A stretch of 64,000 nt of DNA from the human T2T-CHM13v2.0 reference genome, Homo sapiens (GCF_009914755.1 NC_060931.1), one strand, 5' to 3'. Positions 1-14,235 are shown, numbered from the stretch's first letter. Numbers and translations: made by a program. Notes: a model not told the origin generated them from the sequence alone.

Positions 1-39
1 TTCTATTATTATAACGGACAAAAAGGTAAAAAATAATCT

Positions 40-570
40 AAGTAATAACCTTAAGAAATCAGAAAAATGATGACAACAATGACACAAAACACAGGAAATT
101 ATAAAGTAAAATTAATAAAGACAAAAGCTGAAACAAATGATATAGGAAATAAAAAATTGTAGAAAGAGTGAATAAGTCCAAAAGATGGTTGTCAAGACAA
201 GTAAAATAGAGGATCCCTTTGAAGTTAGACTAAGAAAACGGAGAGAACGAAAATATACAAGATTAGCAATGAGAAAGGGAGATATGGATACGGGAGAGAT
301 CAAAATAAAATCTAAGAGAACATTGCATACAGCTCTTTGACAATAAATTTGAGCATCTAAAATAAATGATTTCCTAGCAAACACTAACAAAATTGATCCT
401 AGAAGAAATGAAAACTTGAGTGGGCCAATTACTATAGAAGAACATTGATTAAAGATTTACCATTGAAAAAGGCACCAGAATTAGATGGGTTCACAAAAAC
501 AAATAATTTAGTTTTTAAAATACCATTCAAGCAATAGAAAAAGGAAAAAAGTTCAGTAAGTTTCTTTGCT
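40..570 (+). mobile_element. Ancient L1 (L1M-type) ORF2 fragment
   Basis: A-rich decayed ORF2 sequence, e.g. aaaaaggcaccagaattagatgggttcaca (KAPGPDGFT-like motif). Confidence 0.75.
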
Positions 571-3221
571 TAGAAAATAAAGAGTGGAAAGTTCGGGCAC
601 AGGAGTGGCAAATTACCTTGAGTGCCAGCTTGCAGCAGTGGGTAGTGAAAGAGATTATGAGGCCCAGTTGAGATCCAGTGGGAAAAAACTGGGGATTAGT
701 TTGCCATTCCTGACTCAGCTTGGAAAGTAAAGTCAAATGGATCTTATATGATATTTTCTGCAGAGATAGCCAGGAATTACTCTATGATGTCCTATGGATT
801 TCTGATCAATTTATTTGAGAAAACTTCTACATTCAGTAATTTACATCCTTCTAATGACCATTCAGTAGCCATATGAAAATCATCTAGATTAGGCTCCCAA
901 ACCCAAATCTAACTTTGCATTAATCATCAGTGCTGTGGGTGTAGCGCATCGATCAGAGAAGCCCAAGGTTACAGAGCCAAAGAACTCATGGGATATTTCC
1001 CAGTGACAGGACCATCATAAGAAGGGTTGTCTTCCTTGTCTCTGATGCCTTTGCTGATTTGTAGCTGAACAGAAATCCTCCCGTTTCATTCATTGGTCTA
1101 ACCGTGATCTCAGGGCTTTATTTTCCTAATTCGCCAAACACAAACGCAACTGAACAACATCTCTTCCACTCTTAAAGGGCAGCTCATTCTAGTGGCTGTG
1201 CTGGCCAACCCTGCCTGGGCTTCCCCAAGTCCATCACATCTACCCCTGTAGGTGGAAAGAGCAAAAAAGAGCCAGACACAGCAGCAAGGAAGGAAGAAAG
1301 AAAGAGGAACTGCCACTGCAATGAGTAAATCTTCATTATTATAAAAAAGGGAATCATCACTTTACTATCTTCATTTTTATGATGAAGTAAAATAAAATGG
1401 AAAGGAAGAGCGAGAGAAATGATTGCTTGGTAAACGGCCTCAAACCTAGCATGTGTTTATTTAAGCGTCTCTGCAAACATAACCCAGGGTGTCCGTTAAA
1501 TCAGCAGGCATGTCAGTTGGCACTTCTGGTTACAGACCATTTTACGGTCATACATCATTCGTAGCCGTAAAAGCCATTTGCCCTCTGTCACCCAACCAAT
1601 CAAGATTCAGCCAAGGGGAAGCTGAGCAGTAGCCTGGAAGTTTTCTTTGGGCTCCTCTGCGTTTCCACAACCTGGTTCAGCAGAATGTCACAGAAAATTA
1701 ACTCCCCTGGGTTATCAAGGACCCCTCCTCACTAAGGAGCAATATAGGATTTCAGGCTAATATTTACCCCTCCCCAAGCAACACCTTGTGATGTGCCAGA
1801 AGAGGCAGAAGCGCAGCAGGCATCACACACAAGCCCTGGGTAACACCTGCTGCTTTGAACTGTTGGAATGAAAGGCCGAGGAGGGGACGCTGCCAGTCCA
1901 TGCCTCGGAGATTCACTCCTGCTGCCCACTTGGAGCAGACTTGAAATTGATGTCAGCGTCTAAGCCACCCAGTGAGTGACCTTGGCCTGCCCTTGCTTCA
2001 CTCTTGCAAGTTCTCATTTTTTCATTCTTGCTTCCTCACTATCATTCCATTACTGAAACTGAGATGCCTGCCAAGGCCTGCCGACTACCTGGGCCCTGCT
2101 AACCACGTGTCTTTGGGTCCTCCCCATAGCCTTTGCCTCCAGGATGGTATTTCACTTGAATTGCCTCTCCAAATCTGTGTTCTCTTTACATCTATTATTT
2201 GTTAACTCTTTCCTATGCACTTCCTCACTTATGAATAAAGCCCAGCAGCAGTTGTCATAACCCCAGTGGGTGCTGGGACAGCCCCATCTGGTCCCCCACT
2301 CTATTTCTGTTTGGACATTTCACATGTCTTCCCGCCTCTCCAGTCGTAACAGGCTAGGATCAATTTTCCAGTGGCAGCTTGGAAATAATAGTACAAAATG
2401 TATATTAATACAGAAATATATTGTGAAACTGTCCTTAAACAAACAAATGAGCCGCTTTAAAATATTACTGCTATAAATGACCATGACAGTAGCAGAGCAC
2501 ATATAATAAAAAATAACTGCTGAAGAGAAGCTGCTGAATTACTATAGTAATAAACCAGATGTGATTATTATCATTTAACATGGTCATTGAATACCATGAA
2601 TCCCTGAAGCCATTAAAATATTTATGATTAAACATTTGCTATTCCTTATAACAGAACATATAGTTGGGTACTAAAAAACTGTTAAAGTATTATTTCAGCT
2701 AATATATGCCAGTTCTATAATAGAGGTCAACCAAGATTGCCTGAATCCTTCAAAAGAGGGACAAACAGCTGCCTCTCCATATCTTGACATATTGCAGGAT
2801 GTTTATGCTAGCATTATATACTCTCATGGTACTGGGTAGCGTGTATCAACTATACACTACTAAGCTGGAAATATGTCCCTCTTCTATATGTTCATGGGCA
2901 GATGTGGGCTTGGGGACTGTTCTAGTCATTCTCCTAGAGAAAAAGCAGATGGAACAGATGCTTTCAAAGCCCTGTTCATAGCCTCTTGGCACTAATCTCG
3001 AGCATCCTACAGCAAGTGTCTCCACCAGCAGGCCTGTGCCCACGCCTAAAGTACCAGGGGATTAATGCCTCTGCGAGTAGCCCTCGGCTATGGCAGGTGG
3101 AAGTTGGAGAATAAATACCTTGGCCACATTTATAGACATACCTCTTGCTTGAAATCAATCCCTTGGCTGTGCTCTGGATACCCTGGTTGCTTCCCGGATG
3201 ATTGTTTTCAGTTAAAATTTT

Positions 3222-3500
3222 AGGTGGGAAGATGGCTTTAGCCCAGGAGTTTGAGACCAGCCTGGGAAACATAGGGAGACCCCCATCTCTCTCCAAAAAA
3301 GGAAAGAAAAGAAAAATATTAGGTGTGGTGGCAAACATCTGTAGTCCCAGCTATTCAGGAGGCTGAGCTGGGAGAATCACTTGAGCATGGGAGGTCGAGG
3401 CTGCAGTGGGCCATGATCCTGCCCACTGTACTCCAGCCTGGGCGACAGAGTAAAACCCTGTCTTCCCAAAACAAACAAACAAACAAAAACAACACAAAAC
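3222..3500 (+). mobile_element. 5'-truncated AluJ with (CAAA)n tail
   Basis: agcccaggagtttgagaccagcctggg ... gaggctgcagtg ... ctccagcctgggcgacagag, with J-type diagnostic positions. Confidence 0.9.
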
Positions 3501-3959
3501 TTCAGTTAAATGTAAGGTGGGGTTTCTTGTGCTGAAGAAAAATATTACAATCAGTGTCTTCAGTTTAATGAGATACTTCGGCACGCAGGGCCAATCTTCC
3601 AGGGTGTTTGCTTCTTGTCTCTTGCTCCATTTCCAGGTCCAGCTTCATCAGTGGGGGGGGATTGATGCCAGGAAGGAAACTCATCCACTGGATGTCCTGT
3701 TCTGGTAGTAGCCCAGAAGTGGGTGGACTCTGTGTTAGAAAGAAGAACTGAGTGAGAATTCATCACCATCACTTGGGGCTTATCTGGATATTTCAATTAT
3801 TCACGTTATCTTTTCCATAAAATCCAGAATTGGCTATTTGTTTTCAGATGAATGCTGACAGTAAGGGCCTTTCCTTATGTCTTTAGGGACAAATGTTATC
3901 CAAAAAATAAAGTGCTTGAATTGTTGAACTCTAATAGGGAACAACATGGTGAAAAGAAA

Positions 3960-4182
3960 AAAGGCAGGAATTTTGGGGAGAGACCTGGATTTCAGTTCTA
4001 TATAGAGCATATGTTATATAACTCTTTCAATATTCCTAACTTCCCAGAACCTAATATTTCTCATATGTGAATGACCATAGCAATTGTATAAATTGATATA
4101 ATGTACATAAGTTTTTATGTATACTGCCATATGGGTAATAGGTATTTAATAAACATTGATTTATTAAATAATGAATGAATGG
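3960..4182 (+). mobile_element. Degenerate MIR / L2 3' end
   Basis: MIR core-like tttctcatatgtgaatg and L2-like end aataaacattgattt...gaatgaatg. Confidence 0.5.
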
Positions 4183-4781
4183 TGAATTTACCCACTCTGA
4201 AGCTATTTCCATGCTATCATGGTGACAACTCAATTCTTGGCATAAGTTGTTACCTATTGGGAACGCATTTGGTTCCCAGCATGTCTCTCTGGAGCTTCCC
4301 ATAATATAATTTTGGCAGTGTGACATGTCTCTGTCATGTGGGTTCCATATTTGCCTTTGTGCTTCCAAATTATATTTGTGTAGGTCCGCCCCATTCTTGT
4401 TGTGGTTTCACATTTGTAGGTTTCATAAACTGGGCAGTGGTCTGATGTGTGCAGGAAAACTCACAAAGCCTCAGAGTGGAATAAAAAACATTTTCAAAGA
4501 CCCCTGCTGGCTCAGTCAACCCTAATGAGCTATTTGGTCATTAGAGACTCTTTGCCATCAATTAGTCATTAGATCAGCAACCATTCATTGATGACAGGGT
4601 TCTCCTCCTTAAAGGGACAGTACTATTAGAATGCAAATAAGCTGTTGCTGGCATCTCTGAAACTGAAAAAGTAGCTCCAGTTTGCCTTTTCAGCTTGTCA
4701 ATTACTCCAAAATCCGAAGTGAGGGCTGAGCCAGAATAGCTGCTTAAATTTTCAGATTACTTTGATTTAGTAAGAATTTCC

Positions 4782-5118
<337 letters not shown>

Positions 5119-6519
5119 TTAGATCTTAATATATTTTACATATAGATATATAGCTCAGGTTGGGTAAGACTGGCTCAAATTCTTTTGTCCGTAGGCGGTA
5201 TGAATCTCTCATTACCTTGCCCATGATTTCTGTGACTTTCCAGGGGCTCATGTTTTCATGGTCCCTTCCTCCAACCTCTTGTTCTGGCTGACCTCTTATT
5301 TCTCTTGGACCCCAAGGTTGTTCTCGTTTCTCTGCCCCGTGGCCACCAAGATACTGCCAGTTTCCTTGAGGGCCTCCAATCACTACTCAATGCAATGTAT
5401 ACAGACCTATAGTAACAATTCCATGTGTGTGTAGGAGATGGTACCTAGTAATCCAGCTTTACAAATTTGTAATAATTTACAAATCCAGCTTTACAAGAAT
5501 TGAATGTTGGACATCATTTTTTATAATAGTTCCTCTAACATGCCCATGCTTATGTAAACCTCTCTGTCAGCTTTCTTCCTAAATGTCTCCCAACCACTGA
5601 CTAGCGGCTTGTCTGTCTGTCAAAATTCTCCTCTCCTTTATCTGTTTTTCAGGCTGATCCCAGAACCTCAAAATTCCTCCAATGTTATCATGCAGAGCAA
5701 TTTACCTCTGTCTTGGACTACATCTAAACGCCATCAAAATGGTCTAAGTATTTGCTAAAATGAAGGCAGTTCTCTGCCCTAAGAGGAATTCTGCCACAGC
5801 TCAGCTAAGATACTTTCCCCCAATATTTGTGATATTTATGCAAGTTATTCAAAGATTATGAGCATTAACATTTGATTATCTCATTATTTTCAGGAGTTAT
5901 GTTGGAGAATTCCATTATCCACTCTTTATCCACCAAGGCATTGCACCTCCTGGAATGAACCTCGGTCTCCCTTGTTTGATTATAGGTGGAGCCAAGGTTT
6001 GTTTCTGAGGGAATGCATTTCTGAAGTTACAATGAGCAAATATGATTCCAAATATATAAATATTCATTTAAAAATGCTTCTTGGCTATGTTTAAATGAGA
6101 GTAAGTTTTATTACCTTTAGTACACTGGTAAGAGTGCTTTGGGGAAGGATTCCTCTGCTGGGGATGTCCAGGACTTAGTGAGAAAATGAGTCCTCTTTTG
6201 AAGTGGATGGAATTGAGTTGTTTGATCCATTTCTGCCTTAGAGTAGTAGTTACTCCAAGACTCCATTGCTAGCAATTTTTACTTGAGAGTGCCTATTCAC
6301 TTTAGCTTGTTTATCTTCAAATTTAATGTTCTGCAGACAGTATTATTGTTTAGTTCTCTCTATAAAAAAAGAATTAGAACTACAGGGTAAAGCTTGCATA
6401 TTCTTGCAGGTAAAATGTCATGATTCTCTAATATTAATTTCTTTAGGAATCCCGGGATGGTACTTAGCAATAATGACAATAATTGCTTTACTGATTTTTT
6501 TTCCTGAGTTTTTTACTTT

Positions 6520-6960
6520 ATGAGGGTAGCAATGCAAAGCCCTAGTTGTGCATTATCTTCCTTATTCTCATATGGACTCTATGAGGCAGGCATTATATTA
6601 ACCCCTATTCTATACTTGAAGAAACTGATCTCATGTCACTTATATATCACTTTTTTGGGAGAGGGCTTCCGTGGCTTCCCCGGCTTCCCCTGTTCTCATG
6701 CCTGTCGTGCTTTTTTGTAAATGCTTGTCTGACTGTTTACCCCACCAGGTCAGTATGGACAGGAATCATGTCTATGTCCATACCTGCTACCCACTCGGCG
6801 CCTGATATACAGTTGGTGCCTAATAACTATTTGCTGACAGAATGAGTGGATGGATGAATCCATGTAAGGAGCAGGAGTAACTCACTCAAAGTCACTAATG
6901 AGGTAGCAGAACCAAGACTCTACCCATGGCTGCTGGACTCCCAAGCCCAAGCTCTTACAT
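6520..6960 (-). mobile_element. MIR (minus) interrupted by a plus-strand L2 3' end (~6635-6860)
   Basis: MIR halves (cccctattctatacttgaagaaactga and gtaactcactcaaagtcact...) flank an L2 terminus (ggtgcctaataactatttgctgacagaatgagtggatggatgaat). Confidence 0.65.
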
Positions 6961-8020
6961 GTCATGCAGAGATTTCCTCCACCTCCTTTCCCCCAGCTCC
7001 CAAAAAAAACAATACCTTAATGTGTACAGGAAAACAGATCCTGTCTGTTGCCAAACACACACCTTTAATCATCTCTTTGTGGGAATTTAAACCCCACTGC
7101 ATAGCATCTTTCATCTTTGGGAAAAGGCTGAATTCCTCCGAGGCTGTATACTGGATGCTCTTTACTGAGCAGGCTGTGAAGTGATAAAGGAAGACAAAGA
7201 TAAAGGCGCTGCCCTCAAGACGATCTGAATCTAAAGCACTGGGTTGATACCACTCGGAGTGGTGTAAGAAGCCCAGACCAAGCCTCATCCAGTCTGTGGT
7301 CAAAGCTCTCAAGACATGACTTTAAAACTCTGAAGTCTGGCTTGAGAGTCTTAATCGTCCAAATACAGAAGTGGGGGCAGGGGTGGAGTGAGATGAGGGA
7401 GAATGGAGGGTGGTGGGGGTTGTGCAGAATTTCTTTTCTTAAATGAAAAGCCCAAATAAAATAAATAAATGAAAACATAAATCACAGTGTCTTCTGCAGG
7501 CTCCTGGCTGGAGGAAAACAAATTAGAAAGGGCTTGAATGAAAGGAGTATTGAAGAAGCTTGACTTGAATTAAGTGGTTATATATTTTAAAAGCACTTTG
7601 TTGGGTCCTGTAAAAATAGCAAATAAAAAGGTAGTAATATCCCCTGGCTCTGCAAGGCAAATACCAGTAATAAAGTAAGCTTGGGGGGAAAATATGAGAG
7701 AAGTAAACTCCAGTAGAAGGGAAAAAGAAAGCATTTGGTTTAGAAACACTTTCACTTCTCCCTTAATAATTAATGATGAGATGCTATGTTTTCAAATAGG
7801 TATCATGTGTCTTTCTAACACCACTCACTTTCCTCTTAAAATGCACCCCCGCAAAAAATTTAAAGACATAACCTGAAAATTCTTTCTTTTGAAAGGCAAC
7901 CTAAGTGAACTATTTCAGGGCTATCAAATTGTTATAATTTGGGATCCATTTTACAATCCCTTTTTTCATAGTTTGAAAAAAAATTCACAATGAAAATTGT
8001 AGCCAGCACTCACCACAGGA

Positions 8021-8051
8021 GTCAAAAAGGGGTTTGCAACCCCTTTTTGAC
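8021..8051. repeat. Perfect 14-bp inverted repeat, 3-nt loop
   Basis: gtcaaaaaggggtt-tgc-aacccctttttgac. Confidence 0.95.
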
Positions 8052-8507
8052 CTGCTGGGTTATTAAACATTAACTGGAGAGCTTAGATATTTTTATAAAT
8101 ACGTAGGGGCTTGGGCAATGAGTCTTAAAGATATAGCTACGAAAAAAAATAACATGAGAAAAGTTACCAAGAAAGAGCTAAATGAACTTTCTTCTTGTTA
8201 AGAAATGTTTAGGTCCTTTTGTTTGTAAATGGCAGGTGGGTCATACAATTCCAATGTAATTTCAGAAAGCCATCTTCTGAATGTAATAAACATGTCTGCA
8301 ATAATAGGATTCAGAAAATAGCAAAATGCATTCCAGACGCCCTTTGATTGTGCATACAGAACAGAGAATTTAGCTATAATTGGCTATAACACAGTTATGG
8401 ACACCAAATGACACACTGTGGAGTTGGGTGATGTAGCAGCTCTGATTAGGGATGCTACATTTCAGCCCAACACCAGAAATCAAATAGCAGCATATAGTGA
8501 CACAGCA

Positions 8508-8582
8508 CCTTCCCTTCCCTTCCCCTCCCTCCCTCCATTACTCCCTCCCTTCCTTCCTATCTTCCTCACTTTCTCCCTTTCT
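8508..8582 (+). repeat. Pyrimidine-rich low-complexity tract (CCCT/CCTT)n
   Basis: Read directly from the sequence. Confidence 0.85.
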
Positions 8583-10012
8583 GTGCAATTAAAGTATCAT
8601 AAATGAGACTAGAAAACTTGTTTTATTATTATTTAACTAATCAGTTGTCAGCCAAGACTCCATTCTCTTTGGAAGCTAACAATTGTTTGGAAAGGGGAAG
8701 TAAGAGTCCATGGAGAATTGACTTTTGGAGAACTAGACATAATTTGAATCAAGAATTATAATAGGAAATAAACCATTACAATAAACAAGGAAACATGCAC
8801 ACAGTTACTTTCATCGTGTAATTTTATTCACTCTAGTTGAGAAAATAAAGAGATAATACTGACCGAAGCACCTGGGTATTTAATGCAAACTGTAAAATCT
8901 ATTATATTAAACAAAGTCAAAAGCAATGTGAAAGATCTTGAATATTCAAGGCATGCACCTCATTACAGACTTAGCAAATTAAAACACAAATAGGATTAGA
9001 AAAGAATAATGTAACAATCTCCCACTACGGTCCCTAGAGCATTAAGTCATAAATTGGGTTTGCATTAAATTGTGCCTGCAGTATTGAATTCAGGGAAAGA
9101 GCTGTGGGCTGGAGATAAACCATGCTGGGCTACTCACCAACTTTGGCAAAGCTATGTGTTTTCTGAGACGTGTAGTAAATTTGTTAGAATACAGCAGTTC
9201 CACAAAAAAAAAATGAGCACTTCATATCTTAATTAAAAAAATGTCTGGTGTCACGGCATGTGAGGCCTGCAGAGATGTAAATGCAGACAAAATCCACGTG
9301 TGAAATGGAGCTGTATTTCCTACTTAAGTTTAAAGTCATTTCACTAAACATACTGCTTAATACCAGACACATTTAAAACAAAACAAAGTCCTCAACACAA
9401 GGGTTTTCATTAATTTTGTTTTGGTTTGGTTTTTATTCCTGTTTGTTTGATTTTGCAAAGGAAGGAAGAAACGGAGAAAGCAAACCAAACTCTGTAAAGA
9501 ACACGTGTGGACTTCCAGAATATCCAAAGAATGTCCCCTTTCATTCCATATGAAGATCAGACAGACCTTAACTATTCTGGCCGATCAGTAGAAACATACA
9601 TATGACTTATTTTAGAAAGCAAATGAATATACTTAAATCAGTTTTTAAAATGATGCAGGCTTTGAAAAACACTCGACTACAAAGCACGTTCCTTCCATTT
9701 CAAGTTTATTCTCTTGGGTTTGTTTTCTAATCCCCTGTACAAGAGAGGCTGACTTGGGGAAAAAAGAAATTGCTGTGATAGTTCTATGGCATCCACGTGA
9801 TATGCCTTATGTTAATTCCTACTTGTTGTCTCTTTGCGTATGGGCAGCCCCACTCTGCTCCAGCTGTTGGTCCTTGTTTCTTTAAGGCCATTTTCAGGCA
9901 CAGAACACACTTTATTTTCTCTTCCTTTTCATTGGCGTCCTAAGGCTGTTATGAGAATTAAAATGGAAGTAAAATGCCAAGGAGATAGTGGGTACTCAAA
10001 AATGCTAGTCTA

Positions 10013-10309
<297 letters not shown>

Positions 10310-12214
10310 CTACCTGCTCCCACTTCATCGCTGAGTACAGGTCATGAAAGCAAAATCTGCAAGGCGTCCCAGCCTCACACGTTCCCCGGCGGAAGTCTAA
10401 GCTGCTGTGCTCAACGGTGTGCAGACTCTTAGGCTTTGCAGTGAAATGTCTAGACCTTGCTGTTGTGGAGAGTCCAGGCCTCCTCTTCCTCTCCTGTTTA
10501 TCTTCCCTTCCTCACCCCTGGGCTCCCAGGGCTCTCCCTCCCAGCCCTTCCAGCTGTCGTAGCCTCCAGGTGACAGGTTTCTTCATCACACTTAGCAGCA
10601 GGCAGTCTGTTTAAGCCTACATTCTCTATTTTTAAAAGCTTGTTCGAAAGTCTAAATGGCTCCCATTTTGGCTTTAGTAAGACAAATATGGGCTAAAATA
10701 CGCGGTGCCCCTTAAGTATGATGGATACTCAGGACCCGCTGAAGTTTCCCGTCGCCAAAGTCTGGCTTCTCACTGTGGCAATTTTTCTACCATGTTATTT
10801 ATGTGGTGGTTTTACTTCTAATTATGGCTCATCATGGCTGTTAGTGCTGAGCAGTAAGAGAGCAAACTGCATTGTACTTCCATTTAACTCCAGCCCATAA
10901 AATGGGCAATAAAACCGAGGGCTTAAAAACCAAACAAAACAAAACAAAGCAAAAAAAACTTTCTGTGACAAGCTCACATCCGCTTCTGCCATTCTCAGGC
11001 TGGAAACTCTCACTGAGGAAACACATAGAGGCAGGTGATTTCTGGGGCCTGGGCGCCTCAAATTTCAGCTTTCAGCAATCCTTTATTGTAGACAAAACAA
11101 TCCCAGACCTCGGATATAATTAACACATGCCAGCTTTAATCAGAACCAGTGTACTTCGTTGTTTAGAAACTAATGAAGGCAAATAGATGTTACTTAACAC
11201 TGTAAATAATGAAAGGTCTTTTGTTGTTCTCAATTTTGATTACTATTTTTTGATGCTAAGAAGAATGCCACTTGGTGTGTGTGTAAACAAAGAAGATAAA
11301 TGGCTGGGATGAGAATGAGTTGTCCGTAATCTGATTAAAGCGATAGAGCTGGCTCCTAGGAAAACCTCACAGGGCTTAATGATTGGGTTGTTGTTTTTAA
11401 TATGTCTAATGTTCACTCTTAAAGAAATCAAGAAAAATGTTAGGAGGCTCCTGATATTTCACCGTGGCAGTGGCTGTCAGAGCTTCCAACAGGAAAAGAA
11501 CATTCCCTGTGGCTGGGAGCACAATGTCCAGCCATGTAAGCTAATCTGCCCAAATGATATTAGGAGGCATTTTAAAACCTAAATCTGCTCCAATTCATTC
11601 ACTCTGCTGGCAGAGCCATCAGGGACAAGGCAAGGACAGGCTTGGTTTTTTTGAAGTTGTGATGTGGTAAAACAGCTGGGAAACTCTCTACTTTTCTTTT
11701 TCTTTGGTTAGTTCTTTTCCTTCTTGACAAAATGCTCCTGGATTCCAGTTAAATGTCTGCTAGTGTTTGGATAACAAGTACATTACTTAAAAGCCTGTGT
11801 ATACTGTAGCCTGTTAAGATATTAGGGAGGAAACTTAGACTCGTTGAGCTCTGCAAGAGCTCATTTTTGTCAAATGTCATTATTTGCCCCTCCTATCTTA
11901 TAGTGTGAGTTCTGTGGGTGTGTGTTTGTGTGTGTGTTCATGCAACAATTACTTATAATTAAGTAGTGCTGCAAATTCACATCAGTCTTTTACTCCTAGG
12001 AAGGTCTGTGTGCATTGTGCATTTCCTCCAGTATACAATCATCATGGAACTTGCAGATCACCTAATAAATTTTAGGATTACCCCAATAATATTAGGTCAT
12101 TAGGATCTTTGTTACATCTGAAACTCCAAATTGGACAATTAGATTCCAGATGAACAGGAATTGAATTATTCTGCTTATTTTAAGCCAACAACCCAAATAA
12201 TTTTGAATACTCCC

Positions 12215-12395
12215 ATTTCAATTCAATAAATATATATAGATAGCCCACTGTGTGCTAGTGTCCTATTTTGTGGATGAGAAGCTGAGGTTCAGAGAGGTTA
12301 AATAACTTCCCCAAGACAATTAGCAGGGTGGGTAGTCAGTAGCCTAGTCCTAACTTTAAACAAAATCCATCAGATTCTCAAGTTCATACTCTTCC
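12215..12395 (-). mobile_element. L2 end plus MIR fragment
   Basis: cctattttgtggatgagaagctgaggttcagagaggttaaataacttccccaag is the antisense MIR core. Confidence 0.75.
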
Positions 12396-12437
12396 TATCA
12401 CCCTGTGTACCTCAATGATCAGTTAAACCTCTGTGTT

Positions 12438-12705
12438 TCAACAAATATTGAATGTCTCAGACTGGCCTCTTTTCTTGGTGGTGTCCATGAATCTGATAGA
12501 AACAAGCAACTGACCCTTTCCCAGTCCAAGAGAAGCAGCAGTTGGCAGGGATGTGGCCAAATTCTTCCCCATACCATGGTGAGCGGGGTGCTTCAAAGTA
12601 CTTCTCGGTCCCCCGATGTGTCTGCCTCCTCTTTCTCTCACAGACCAGCATTTGACTTTGGTCACTTTGTAAGCCCAACAGACTGAGATTGGATTCCCAG
12701 AGACC
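12438..12705 (-). CDS. Last coding exon of the same putative ORF (VSGNPISVCW...QSETFNIC*)
   Basis: Long pyrimidine tract ending ccgtggtcctcccag|GGTCTCT. AG|G restores an Arg codon and continues in the frame of track ORF 12438..12818. 149+268 nt = 417 nt = 138 aa + stop. Confidence 0.55.
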
Positions 12706-13039
12706 CTGGGAGGACCACGGGGTGGAAAGGAAGAGAAAGAGAGAGTGAGAGTGAGCAAGAGAGAGAGCTTGTTCTCTTTCTGTCTTTTCCAACCCTTTTC
12801 CCCCTCCTGCTGGCCCATTTTAGAGCCACGTTGTCACACATTGGCACCCCATCTGAGGGCAGAGAGAGGGAATGACAGGAGATGAACAAAATCACAGCTG
12901 TATTAGAGACTTCTGATTTTTAAAAAGGATGTGGAAAGAGGTTGAAACTAAGCTGCTTTCTCTTGGAAGATGGTTGCAGTAAGTTTAGGGGCAGGTTTTT
13001 AGCATCTGAACATATTAGCTAAAGTATTTGAATATAATG

Positions 13040-13375
13040 AGCTATGCTGCATGGTGGAGTGGAAAGGGGCCAAGGATAGGTGGGATGTTTGGAGTGGTCT
13101 TGGGCAAGCCATTTCACCTCTCTAGGCCTCAGTTTTCTCATCTTCCCCAGGTACACATTGAGCCAGACAATCCCTGAGGTTTCAGAGGAAAGCAGTGAGG
13201 AGCAGGGTGGCACACAGTACTGGAGTCAGCTGAGTGGCCTGAACCTTAGCTCGAGCTGTGTGACCTGGGTTGAGTTACTCACCTTCTACGAGGCTTAGTT
13301 TCCACCTCTGTGAAATGGGGATAAAGTGTCTGCCTCAAAGGGTCATTAAGGGGGCTAGATTGGTGAATGCACAGG
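13040..13375 (+). mobile_element. Two adjacent MIR copies
   Basis: Core motif twice: cttgggcaagccatttcacctctctaggcctcagttttctcatct and gtgacctggg...ttagtttccacctctgtgaaatggggataa. Confidence 0.75.
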
Positions 13376-14086
13376 CAGCTTCTGGAGAAGGAATTTTCCC
13401 AGGACTAGGAAGAAGAACTGGTGAGTGGGAGGCTTTGAAGGTGAGTGAGGGATGATAACAGGTCTATGAAGAAGTTCAGGCTGGGAGAGGTCTGGCCTTG
13501 GAGTGGGTTGGGGGTGCTCTGGGCAACCCTTTTCAAGGGAGGAGAAAATGGAGTAACCGTCAGGACAGAAAACAGGGTGCCTTGGTGCTAAGTTCCAGGG
13601 GGACATTGCCTTGGGGGAAGAAAAAGATATCTTGGAACCCCTATCTGTTTACTACTGTTCATTTCTTAATTCTTTATTTGTAATGAAGATGGGAAGGTTT
13701 ACAACCTTGACAGTTCCATTTATTTCTACCATTTTCACCTAAAACAATACAAGGAACATCAATTATTTCCACCCTGGTTTCAACTGCAACTGGATAAAGT
13801 CGGCTTAATTAAACATGTTCAGTGTCTGAGGGTCTGTTTTGTTTCTCTGTCTGTCTGTCTGTATCTTTCTTTCTCTTCTACCAACCACCACACCATCCCT
13901 GTCCCCTTCTTCCTTCTCCTCTCCGTTTTCTAGCCTCACAGCTGGGCACAGGAAATCACGGAATAAGGACCCAGTGAACTAAAGGGGCTGAAGCCATGAC
14001 TAGGAATCATATGCATGAAGAAGCCCAGAAGAGCCAATCCTCCCCAGAAGGGCACCCGGAGACCACTAAGGAAGGAGGGAGGATAC

Positions 14087-14235
14087 CTTCTGTTCCCGTG
14101 TTCAGGCTCCAATGTATCCAGGTCACAGGAGGCTGCCTCTCCAGGCAGAGAAACTGATCCGTCCCTATCAGTGCCAGGCAGAGGGCAGGGGATTTCGCAC
14201 CTGAGCAAGGGTTGGGATGACTCCCAAGCTTCCAT
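14087..14235 (-). CDS. Coding part of an internal exon (whole exon 14262-14087) of a putative spliced 138-aa orphan ORF, MEAWESSQPLL...EPEHGNRR
   Basis: On the minus strand: polypyrimidine acceptor ctcctgcttcctcctctgtgtcacag|AGA (exon starts 14262), ATG at 14235 in strong Kozak context (agaATGg), donor AAG|gtatcc after 14087 (phase 2). Tentative, unverified recollection that this is C16orf97/LINC02911. Translation is not demonstrated. Confidence 0.55.
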
